Source: Deltaproteobacteria bacterium
GTDB taxonomy: Bacteria; UBA10199; GCA-002796325; JACPFF01
Direction: 5' to 3'
DNA length: 64,000 bases
NCBI GenBank assembly: GCA_016183065.1
Contig: JACPFF010000015.1
Coordinates: 27,449-91,448, forward strand
A program made the translations under genes and the position numbers. The notes under the pieces are model-generated. The model did no database searches and was not told the origin of the DNA. It worked only from the letters and a program-made list of their open reading frames with translations. This document shows positions 16,872 to 24,950 of the stretch, in pieces (positions within the stretch are counted from its first letter, which is position 1; every line of letters starts with the position of its first letter).

Positions 16872-17304
16872 GGCGCTGTGCTGCAGGATCGTGCCCATGC
16901 TGCTCTTGTGTGGGGCGTGCATGCACCGTGGGCCGGTCGATGTGCAACCAGGAGATGTGGCATGTGCCACCTGTGCGATGGGGATCGTGGAGATGCGCTT
17001 CAAGGCCCAGGGCATCTCCCCGAAGGGAAAGCGATGGCATTTTGATTCCATCGAATGTCTCATGCGGTGGAAACGGGATGATCCGCACCGGGTGGCCCAT
17101 GCCTGGGTGACAGATACGTATCACCCCGCACAATGGCTTGAGCTGGAGAGGGCCTTTTTCCTGCGGAGTCAGACCTTGCCATCCCCGATGGGGGCCTTTT
17201 TGTCTGCCTATGCGACACCACAAGATCTGCAGAAGGCGCAGCAGGCCTTCGGTGGAACGGCAGTGACTCTGCGGGATCTTGAAGAGGGCATCTCCTCCCC
17301 ATGA
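16864..17304 (+). CDS. nosL: Copper chaperone lipoprotein NosL
   Basis: Start at ATG 16864, overlapping the nosB stop. Lipobox LLLCGAC. NosL signature CATCAMGIVEMRFKAQ...WHFDSIECLM. Confidence 0.7.
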   Translation: MSKALCCRIVPMLLLCGACMHRGPVDVQPGDVACATCAMGIVEMRFKAQGISPKGKRWHFDSIECLMRWKRDDPHRVAHAWVTDTYHPAQWLELERAFFLRSQTLPSPMGAFLSAYATPQDLQKAQQAFGGTAVTLRDLEEGISSP

Positions 17305-18554
17305 AAACTTTTGGGAGCGTGATGGTCATGAGCGTCCTCTGGTGCACAGCCGCCACGGCGACCGCGGCCATTTTGGATGTCTGTCGGGAGTGTCCCCTCC
17401 AGTCTGTCACCGCCGGCATCGCCAGGGCCGGCAGCGGCGACACGCTCCGTATCCATGCCGGTCTCTACCAGGAAGGGACCATCGTCATCGACAAGCCGTT
17501 ACAGATTGTCGGCATCGACGGTCCGGTCATTGATGGCAGGCATGCCGGGCATGTGTTCCACGTCCGTGCCGATCAGGTGACGCTGGAAGGACTGACGATC
17601 CAGAATGGTGGGATGAGCGATATCGCAGATCTGGCGGGGGTTCGGGTGGAGAGGAGTCGCGGCTGTGCCATCCGGCGCAATCGGTTTTATCACAACACCT
17701 ATAGTGTCTATCTGGCCAGGGTCACGGGATGCGACGTGCGTGACAATATCATACAGAGCGAGGCGCGCGGCGAGGTCTCCGGCGGAAACGGCATCCATTT
17801 GTGGCATGCGCAGGAGATTGATATTGCGGGGAACAGCATCACAGGGCATCGGGATGGTTTGTACTTTGAATTTGCCGAACGGTGCCGGATCGAAAAAAAC
17901 TCCGTGCATGACAATATCCGCTACGGGCTCCATTTCATGTTTTCGCACGAGAATCACTATGCAGACAACGTCTTCTCCCGCAACCAAACCGGGGTGGCCG
18001 TCATGTATTCCCGCCACATTCGCATGGTACGGAATCAATTTGCGGAGAGTTGGGGACGGGCCTCCTACGGATTGCTGTTGAAGGATATTGTCGACAGCCA
18101 TATTGCCGAGAACGACTTTATCGGCAACACGATCGGCATCTATGCAGACGGATCCAATCGGAATACGTTCCGGCACAATCGGTTTCACTACAACGGCTGG
18201 GCGGTGCATCTCTTGGGGAGTTCCGATGCCAATACGTTTGTTGAGAACGATTTTCACTCCAACTATTTTTCTGTGACGACAAATACCCGCCATCCGCTCA
18301 ATACCTTTGCCCGGAATTATTGGGACGAGTATCAGGGATATGATCTCGACCGTGACGGGTGGGGGGATGTGCCGTTTCGTCCGATGAAGCTTTTCAACCT
18401 GTGGCTCAATCGCTATCCGGAGCTGATTGTGCTCTTTGGTTCTCCCGTGATCGAATTCCTGGAGGTCGCCGAACGGGTCTTTCCGGTGTTGACGCCCCGG
18501 ATGTTGCAGGACACAATCCCCAGCATGCACCCGCTCGTGGCGGTGGCCCAATGA
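17301..18554 (+). CDS. nosD: NosD, periplasmic parallel beta-helix maturation protein
   Basis: ATGA overlap with the nosL stop. Repeated beta-helix units (NGIHLWHAQEIDIAGNSITGHRDGLYFEF...). Confidence 0.85.
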   Translation: MKTFGSVMVMSVLWCTAATATAAILDVCRECPLQSVTAGIARAGSGDTLRIHAGLYQEGTIVIDKPLQIVGIDGPVIDGRHAGHVFHVRADQVTLEGLTIQNGGMSDIADLAGVRVERSRGCAIRRNRFYHNTYSVYLARVTGCDVRDNIIQSEARGEVSGGNGIHLWHAQEIDIAGNSITGHRDGLYFEFAERCRIEKNSVHDNIRYGLHFMFSHENHYADNVFSRNQTGVAVMYSRHIRMVRNQFAESWGRASYGLLLKDIVDSHIAENDFIGNTIGIYADGSNRNTFRHNRFHYNGWAVHLLGSSDANTFVENDFHSNYFSVTTNTRHPLNTFARNYWDEYQGYDLDRDGWGDVPFRPMKLFNLWLNRYPELIVLFGSPVIEFLEVAERVFPVLTPRMLQDTIPSMHPLVAVAQ

Positions 18555-19267
18555 TTACCATCCGTAATGTCCGAAAGCGGTACCGGAAACAGACCGTGCT
18601 GAACGATGTCTCGCTCCACATTCCGGCGGGGGAGATCTTCGCATTACTCGGTCCCAACGGGTCGGGGAAGACGACGCTTTTGAAGCTGTTGCTTGGATTG
18701 GTCCATCCGGATGGGTCAGGGACCATGCATATTGCCGGCGCGTCGATTGTCGGGGAGCGCGCCTATCGGCGGCAGATCGGGTATATGTCGCAATGGCCAC
18801 AATACCCGCCGCACCTCACCGTGTGCGAACTCATCACCTTGTTTGCACAACTGCGGAACGCCAAAGGGGTGCATACCGAAGCACTGCTCGAGGAGATGCA
18901 GATGCGGGCATTCTGGCAGAAGCCCTTTGGGGAACTGTCCGGTGGCATGGCGCAGAAGGTGAACATTGTACAATGCTTTATGTTCAACCATGCGCTCTTC
19001 ATTTTGGACGAACCGACCGCCGGCCTTGATCCCCATACGGCTTTTTACCTCAAACGACTCATCCGAGAACGAAAAAAGAGCGGGGCCACTCTCCTCTTCA
19101 CCTCGCACGTGATGTCGGAAGTCGATGCATTGGCCGATCACATGGCCTTATTGGTCGATGGCACTGTTTCTGTGGTGACATCGCCGGCAGAGCTGAAGCA
19201 GGCGCATCACACGACGTCCCTGGAGGAGGCCGTGCACCACGTCTGGAGGTCGGTGTCCGATGCATAA
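18551..19267 (+). CDS. nosF: NosF, ABC transporter ATP-binding protein
   Basis: ATGA overlap with the nosD stop. Walker A GPNGSGKTT, signature LSGGMAQKV, Walker B LFILDEPTAGLD. Confidence 0.85.
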   Translation: MITIRNVRKRYRKQTVLNDVSLHIPAGEIFALLGPNGSGKTTLLKLLLGLVHPDGSGTMHIAGASIVGERAYRRQIGYMSQWPQYPPHLTVCELITLFAQLRNAKGVHTEALLEEMQMRAFWQKPFGELSGGMAQKVNIVQCFMFNHALFILDEPTAGLDPHTAFYLKRLIRERKKSGATLLFTSHVMSEVDALADHMALLVDGTVSVVTSPAELKQAHHTTSLEEAVHHVWRSVSDA

Positions 19268-20069
19268 ACAGTTGCACAGCGCCGTGGGGACCATCGCCCT
19301 TTTTGAATTTCACGAAAATATCCGCAATTGGTGGCTTCTCACCTACTGCGCGGCTTTTTTGGTCTTGGGTGTGCTCATCACGTCCGTCGGGTCTGCCGAT
19401 CCATTGCGGGCCAGCGCCTCACTCCTCAATCTCGTCCTCCTGCTGGTTCCGCTGTTTTCACTCGTGTTTGGGAGCCTCTCATTTTCTGAGGCCCTCTCTT
19501 TTCATGCCGTACTCGTGGCATTACCGATCTCGCGTCGCGACATTTTCCTTGGAAAATGGTTGGGGCTTGGCACGGGTCTCACGCTCAGTTTTGTGATCGG
19601 CATAGGGCTCGGGGCACTCTGGCAACTGCACCTTTCGCGGACCGGACTTGGCAGCTATCTTCTCTTGCTTGCACTGGGTGTCGTCCTGACGTTCGTTTTT
19701 TTGAGTATCGCATTCCTCATGGTCAATCTTGCCAGACGGCGCGAGCTGGTGTTTGGCTGGATGCTCCTCCTCTGGTTTTCTGTTTTTGTCCTCTATGACC
19801 TGTTGATCATGGGGATCGTCCTCGTCTTCGGAGAGTATCCATTGGAGGTTCCCATGCTCCTTGCCGTGTTGGCCAATCCGATTGACTTGGCACGCGTAAT
19901 CTTCCTGCTCCATAACGATCTATCGGCCATGATGGGCTACTCCGGCGCGGTATTTCAGCAATATCTTGGCGAGGCCACCGGCATCGGCGTTGCCGGGGCA
20001 AGTGGTCTCCTCTGGGTCCTTGTGCCATTTGTTCTCGGACTGCGGCGCTTTCAGCGGCGCGATTTGTAA
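19260..20069 (+). CDS. nosY: NosY, ABC-2 type permease
   Basis: 8-nt overlap with nosF. Six hydrophobic segments, at the canonical position after nosF. Confidence 0.75.
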   Translation: MHKQLHSAVGTIALFEFHENIRNWWLLTYCAAFLVLGVLITSVGSADPLRASASLLNLVLLLVPLFSLVFGSLSFSEALSFHAVLVALPISRRDIFLGKWLGLGTGLTLSFVIGIGLGALWQLHLSRTGLGSYLLLLALGVVLTFVFLSIAFLMVNLARRRELVFGWMLLLWFSVFVLYDLLIMGIVLVFGEYPLEVPMLLAVLANPIDLARVIFLLHNDLSAMMGYSGAVFQQYLGEATGIGVAGASGLLWVLVPFVLGLRRFQRRDL

Positions 20070-20096
20070 CATTCGGAGAGGATTCCGCGGTGTCTT

Positions 20097-20198
20097 GTTA
20101 TGGTGCGTTCACTTTTCCTGAGTACATGCGTCTTATGGTACCATAAGTATTTCTAACGTTTAACGAGCACGTTTGTACTCATTCAAACGTTGAAATAC
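20097..20198 (-). repeat. AT-richer ~105-nt two-domain structured repeat, copy C
   Basis: The reverse complement GTATTTCAACGTTTGAATGAG...CTCGTTAAACGTTAGAAATAC...TTATGGT...GCACCATAAC aligns end to end with 22811-22911 and 59285-59392. It starts 1 nt after the malic-enzyme stop codon. Confidence 0.75.
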
Positions 20199-20199
20199 T

Positions 20200-21912
20200 T
20201 TAGGGCTCGTACCGGACCGGAAGGTACTCCGAGACCCACATGGCCGATTTCACGCGGGCCTCGAGGTCATCGAGCATACCTGGCTCAGCCAAGCCCTCGG
20301 TAACGCCCTGTCGGATCACCGCACACGCAATGGCATGGGAGCAATCGCGGATCATGGTCAGCGGCGGGAAGAGCGAGCCCATCTGGAGACGGTGCTCGGT
20401 GACCAGTGATGCCAACGTCTTCGACGCGGCAAAAAACATCCCGTCGCTAATGCGACGGATCTCGGCCGTCGTGACCCCGAGTCCCACGCCGGGAAAAATG
20501 TAGGCATTATTGCATTGGCCAATCTCGTGCCGTATCCCCTGGCAGGTCACCGGCGCGAAGGGACTCCCTGTGGCAATGATCGCACGACCATCGGACCAGC
20601 AGAGTGCGTCTTCCGGGGTACATTCTTCCTTCGAGGTCGGATTGGAGAGGGGGAAAATCATTGGCCTGGACACATGCCCAGCCATGGACCGGATGATCGA
20701 CTCAGTAAAAAGCGACGGGGCACCAGAACAGCCGATCAAGATCGTGGGGTGCACATTGGCAATCGTTTCCTCAAGCGTAATACGGTCACGGTTGCAACAG
20801 GCAAAATGCGCAATGTCACCGGCCGCCCGTGCATGTTTTTTCTTGAAGGTATCGAGTGGCGTCCGGGTTTCCACCACCAGTCCCTGACTGTCCGTGGTCC
20901 AGATGCGATCCCTGGCCTTGGCGAGCGACAGACCTGCATCATGCATGGCGGCAATCAGGAGATCGGCAATCCCTTGCGCAGAGGCGCCAGCACCGGCAAT
21001 GACGATGTGCTGATCAGACAGTGCCTCACCAGTGATACGGAGTCCCGAGAAGATGCCGGCAAGCAGTACCGCTGCCGTCCCCTGAATGTCGTCGTTAAAA
21101 CTGCAGATCTGCGTCCGATATCGATGGAGTTGCCTCATCGCATTTTCTTTCAGGAGATCCTCCCATTGGAGCAGGATATGGGGGAAGACTTTCTGCACGG
21201 CGGCGACAAAAGCGTCGATGAAGGCCTGATACTGCGCGCCCCGGATACGGTTGTGCCGCAAACCGAGATAGAGTGGGTCTTGCAGCCGGTGGGCATTATT
21301 GGTCCCGACATCGAGCAAGATCGGCAACGTGGAATACGGCGGAATTGCGGCACAGAGGGTGTAGAGGCAGAGCTTGCCGATCGAGATCCCCATGCCGCCC
21401 GCGCCTTGATCGCCGAGGCCGAGAATCCGTTCGCCGTCCGTCACGACCATAATCGTCGGTCGTTCGCAGGGGGTGTTCCGTAAAATGCGTTCGATCTGGT
21501 CGCGATGATCGTAACTGATATAGAGACCCTGCGGCTTGCGGTAGATATGGGAAAACTTGCGGCATGCCTCGCCGACGGTTGGGGTGTAGACAATCGGCAT
21601 CATCTCTTCGATATGTTCTTCCAATAATCGATAAAAGAGTGTTGCATTGCGATCGTGCAGGCTTTTCAGGTAGATATATTTTTCCAGGGGATCAGACTTG
21701 GCCAGATAACTTTCGTAGGTCCGTTCCAATTGTTGCGAGATCGTGCACACGGCCGGTGGCAGAAGCCCGTGCAGATCGAGAGCATCGCGTTCGTCTTCGG
21801 TAAAAGCCGGCCCCTTGTTGGTGAAGGGGTTCATCAACAAATCTTTCCCCTTCGTATCGACGCTTTGATAGGGACTCCGAGTCGAGGCGTCCCTTTTGAT
21901 GGTCCAACGCAT
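20200..21912 (-). CDS. maeA: NAD(P)-dependent malic enzyme (large, SfcA/MaeA type)
   Basis: 570 aa. N-terminus NPFTNKGPAFTEDERDALDLHGLLPP and a dinucleotide fold IVIAGAGASAQGIADLL. Confidence 0.9.
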   Translation of the reverse strand: MRWTIKRDASTRSPYQSVDTKGKDLLMNPFTNKGPAFTEDERDALDLHGLLPPAVCTISQQLERTYESYLAKSDPLEKYIYLKSLHDRNATLFYRLLEEHIEEMMPIVYTPTVGEACRKFSHIYRKPQGLYISYDHRDQIERILRNTPCERPTIMVVTDGERILGLGDQGAGGMGISIGKLCLYTLCAAIPPYSTLPILLDVGTNNAHRLQDPLYLGLRHNRIRGAQYQAFIDAFVAAVQKVFPHILLQWEDLLKENAMRQLHRYRTQICSFNDDIQGTAAVLLAGIFSGLRITGEALSDQHIVIAGAGASAQGIADLLIAAMHDAGLSLAKARDRIWTTDSQGLVVETRTPLDTFKKKHARAAGDIAHFACCNRDRITLEETIANVHPTILIGCSGAPSLFTESIIRSMAGHVSRPMIFPLSNPTSKEECTPEDALCWSDGRAIIATGSPFAPVTCQGIRHEIGQCNNAYIFPGVGLGVTTAEIRRISDGMFFAASKTLASLVTEHRLQMGSLFPPLTMIRDCSHAIACAVIRQGVTEGLAEPGMLDDLEARVKSAMWVSEYLPVRYEP

Positions 21913-22050
21913 CCCATGCTCCTTGTGAGATCAGCCGTGTACACCGAAGGGCTCACGAGGGGCAATCATGCGAAAATTTTTGGTCCGCACGATCCGCCAG
22001 CCTGAGCACGGCCATGAACGATACGGACGATGCGTGAGACGGTGCGGCGT

Positions 22051-22257
22051 TTAGCAACAGCCGCCGGAATGATTGTGCAGGTCGCGGTCTTTCACAGTCT
22101 TCCGCCCATCGTCCCGTGCGGCCATGATGGCCTTTTCGCACAGTTCCTGCACGGCCTTCGAGAGAGCATCCAGGAAGGTGGCGGACGTATTCATGCCATC
22201 GGACTTCGACCGGATGTAATCTTTGACCTTTGATGCGACAACGAGAATCTCTGCCAT
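22051..22257 (-). CDS. Bacterial histone-fold protein candidate (DUF1931 / Bdellovibrio HBb-like singlet)
   Basis: 68 aa: MAEILVVASKVKDYIRSKSDGMNTSATFLDALSKAVQELCEKAIMAARDDGRKTVKDRDL plus tail HNHSGGCC. Strong GGAGAGG RBS. The pattern matches my recollection of DUF1931/HBb sequences. Confidence 0.6.
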   Translation of the reverse strand: MAEILVVASKVKDYIRSKSDGMNTSATFLDALSKAVQELCEKAIMAARDDGRKTVKDRDLHNHSGGCC

Positions 22258-22339
22258 GATGCCTCTCCTTTGAGGGTGCGTCAGCGAAACCGCGCTCTAT
22301 ACAAGAGGAGACGAAAAAATCAAAGCCCCTTTTTTCCAT

Positions 22340-22687
22340 CTACCGCGGATTGATCTGGCCGATCCCTTGCTCTAGAAGGTTCATGACGAGAATTTTTGGC
22401 AAAAAAATGACATCTACGTCGGTTTTGGCCGCGCAGGTCTGCTCATGGGAGGCTTCCTCAACTAAGTGGTAGATCCCGAGCAGTTTCTTGTGGTGGGGGG
22501 GCAGGGTGGGGTGGGCTGTTTTGGATTTTGGCTGGGTGAACTCGACATCACCCGATTGTAACCAGAAGAGGCCTGTTGGAAGATGCCCTGCATAAAAGAG
22601 GACTTGCCCCCCCCGAAAATGCAGGCGTTCTCCCTGTGGAAGTAACGACGGTAACGCATTTTCGATCACACGGATCGAAGACTCCAT
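22340..22687 (-). CDS. Stand-alone cyclic-nucleotide-binding/Crp-effector-like domain protein (no HTH)
   Basis: 115 aa with a beta-roll-like pattern (FRGGQVLFYAGHLPTGLFWLQSGDVEF). Weak assignment. Confidence 0.4.
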   Translation of the reverse strand: MESSIRVIENALPSLLPQGERLHFRGGQVLFYAGHLPTGLFWLQSGDVEFTQPKSKTAHPTLPPHHKKLLGIYHLVEEASHEQTCAAKTDVDVIFLPKILVMNLLEQGIGQINPR

Positions 22688-22770
22688 CCTGCCACTGTAT
22701 GGAGGGTGGGGAAAAGGGTAAATGAGGTCTGTCAGACAGAGATATGATGTTGATCATGTCTGCTCACTGC

Positions 22771-22800
22771 TTGACACTGAGGGGGTATAACAACTATGGG
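22771..22800 (+). promoter_or_regulatory. Putative promoter upstream of the Fnr-like gene
   Basis: -35 TTGACA (22771-22776), 18-nt spacer, -10 TATGGG (22795-22800). Shares CTTGACAC..CTGAGGGG..CTATG with the promoter at 44653-44682. Confidence 0.35.
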
Positions 22801-22810
22801 GGCCTCTAGA

Positions 22811-22911
22811 GTATTTCACCGTTTCATGAGTCCACATCTGCTCATGAAACGTGAGAGATACTGATGGTAATGCGAGGTGCGTGAACTCACGAAAAGGGAA
22901 TGCACCATAAC
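22811..22911 (+). repeat. AT-richer ~105-nt two-domain structured repeat, copy A
   Basis: GTATTTCACCGTTTCATGAG-tccacatctg-CTCATGAAACGTGAGAGATAC...ATGGT...GCACCATAAC. Lies between the putative promoter and ATG 22925. Confidence 0.75.
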
Positions 22912-22924
22912 TTGGAGTCGATGC

Positions 22925-23647
22925 ATGCCACGGGTGCCAGTCCGACCGCGAGTGATTCACTGCGACACCTGTACCAGTCGGGGGAGTGGAGCGTTCTGCG
23001 AACTGAGCGAAAAACACCTCTGCGAATTGGACCGGGCAAAAACCACAAACCGCTACCATCCCCATCAGGTCATCTTCTATGAGGGGAATCACCCCTTTGG
23101 AGTGTATTGTGTCAGTTCCGGAAAGGTCAAGATCTACAAATCCGATCTCGACGGCCATCAGGACATCGTCCGTATTGCCGGCCCTGGGGACCTCTTGGGA
23201 TACCGCTGCATTCTCGCCGGAGAGGCCTATATGGCGACGGCAGAGACGTTAGACGAGGCGGAAATCTGTTTTCTCGATCGGAAGACCTTTCTCCATATTG
23301 TCGAGACACACCCCGTGACCGCCCTGAAGATCATGCAGAGTCTCGCCAAGGATCTGCGCGAGGCGGAGGACCATGTCTCGCGGGTCGTCCATCGGAGCGT
23401 GCGCGAACGATTGGCGGAATTATTCCTGATTTTTCAGACAAAATACGGCGTCAAGAGCGAACGGGGGGTGCGGCTCAATCTGGAATTGACGCGCGCAGAA
23501 TGGGCCGAACTGATCGGAACGACCCAAGAGTCAGTTATCCGGCTGATGAGCGAATTTCGCCAAGAAAAATTGATCGGTGTCGAGGGGCGGCTCATTACGC
23601 TCTTTGACCTCTCTCGTCTGGCCACCGTAGCCAATCTGGTGGATTGA
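22925..23647 (+). CDS. Crp/Fnr-family transcriptional regulator with an N-terminal Cys cluster
   Basis: Cys cluster HCDTCTSRGSGAFCELSEKHLC, a cNMP-like beta-roll, and C-terminal HTH TRAEWAELIGTTQESVIRLMSEF. GGAG RBS before ATG 22925; GTG 22877 would lie inside the repeat. Confidence 0.8.
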   Translation: MPRVPVRPRVIHCDTCTSRGSGAFCELSEKHLCELDRAKTTNRYHPHQVIFYEGNHPFGVYCVSSGKVKIYKSDLDGHQDIVRIAGPGDLLGYRCILAGEAYMATAETLDEAEICFLDRKTFLHIVETHPVTALKIMQSLAKDLREAEDHVSRVVHRSVRERLAELFLIFQTKYGVKSERGVRLNLELTRAEWAELIGTTQESVIRLMSEFRQEKLIGVEGRLITLFDLSRLATVANLVD

Positions 23648-23681
23648 TCGGAGAGTGCTCGCGTATATGACCGCACATCAC

Positions 23682-24950
23682 TTACGAGGAGGATGCCAGA
23701 AAGCTCGGCAGCTGATCGCGTCGCACCACGTCGTCGATCGTCTCCCGTGTCCGCATGAGATGGGCCGTGCCGGCATGGACCAGGATCTCGGCGGGGCGTG
23801 GCCGGCTGTTGTACGTGGAACTCATGGCCGCGCCATAGGCGCCAGTATCGCAGATCGCCAGGAGATCGCCTTCCCGTAAGGTCGGCAGGGAACGCTGCCG
23901 GCCAAAAAGATCGCCGGTTTCACAGATCGGACCGCAGATCGTGTAACGCTGGTCGGTGGGGGCATCCATCCGTTCTGCGGCCACGATATGATGATAGGCG
24001 TTGTAGAGAATGGGCCGCAGCAATGTGTGAAAACCCGCATCCACCCCCGCAAAGGTCACATGCGGTGTCGGTTTGAGCGTCGTGACCCTGGTGAGCAATA
24101 CCGTCGATTCCGCCACGAGATACCGCCCCGGTTCCAAGAGGAGGTGGCGCTCTCCCCCGAAACATTCCTGAAAACGCGCCACCACGGTCCCCCCCAATGC
24201 CTGGAGATCGAGCGGCGGTTCCCCGGGTTGATACGGGATCCCAAACCCGCCGCCGAGATCAATCGTGTCGATGGCCACCGCCGGATGGTGCGCAATGCAT
24301 TGATGGGCACGATGCATGGCATCGATCAGAATGAGAAAGGGGTCGGGATCGGTGATCCCCGAACCGATGTGGGCCTGCAGGCGCGTCAACTGGTGCCCAT
24401 GACGATGCAAGAGATCGCACAGGGCGGGGAGCGTTTCCATGTGGAGACCAAACTTGGTCTCTTCAGCGCCGGTCACGACATGCTCATGATGACCGGCCCC
24501 AACGCCGGGATTGATCCGCACGCCGAATGTGCCGCCGGTCACGAAGGGAAGGAGCCGTTCGGCCATGGAGAGGGAATCGAGGTTGATGGCCACGCCCTCC
24601 CTGGCAAGCCATTGCAGTTCGTCCGTGCGCGGCGAGGTCCCCGTAAAAAAGATACGCTGCGGGGAAAACCCGGCCCGTCGGGCAATCTGGGCCTCTCCGA
24701 CCGAAACGACATCCGTCGCAGCACCGGCACGCTGCAAGAGTGCGAGGATCGCGAGGGCCGTATTGGCCTTGACGGCATAGGCAATCGTGACTTGCGGGTG
24801 CCTGGCAAACGCCTGTTGCATGGCCTGATATTGGGCGGTGATGATGTCGGCATCCGTGACGTAGAGTGGGGTATCATACGTGGCGGCTAGACGATCTACC
24901 CGCAGGCCTCCCACGATGAGCACGCCATGATCGTGTCGGAACGGCATCAT
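23682..24950 (-). CDS. lysA: Diaminopimelate decarboxylase
   Basis: PLP-Lys region YAVKANTALAIL and DLGGGFGIPY. Start taken at MMPFRHDHG (ATG 24950). Confidence 0.9.
   Translation of the reverse strand: MMPFRHDHGVLIVGGLRVDRLAATYDTPLYVTDADIITAQYQAMQQAFARHPQVTIAYAVKANTALAILALLQRAGAATDVVSVGEAQIARRAGFSPQRIFFTGTSPRTDELQWLAREGVAINLDSLSMAERLLPFVTGGTFGVRINPGVGAGHHEHVVTGAEETKFGLHMETLPALCDLLHRHGHQLTRLQAHIGSGITDPDPFLILIDAMHRAHQCIAHHPAVAIDTIDLGGGFGIPYQPGEPPLDLQALGGTVVARFQECFGGERHLLLEPGRYLVAESTVLLTRVTTLKPTPHVTFAGVDAGFHTLLRPILYNAYHHIVAAERMDAPTDQRYTICGPICETGDLFGRQRSLPTLREGDLLAICDTGAYGAAMSSTYNSRPRPAEILVHAGTAHLMRTRETIDDVVRRDQLPSFLASSS

Noticed and set aside
21913-22050. Possible structured RNA or terminator between the histone-fold gene and malic enzyme
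   Set aside because: I found only a long-range CCGCAC...GTGCGG pairing and an A/T run. There is no convincing compact hairpin plus T-tract and no repeat similarity, so there is not enough to call.
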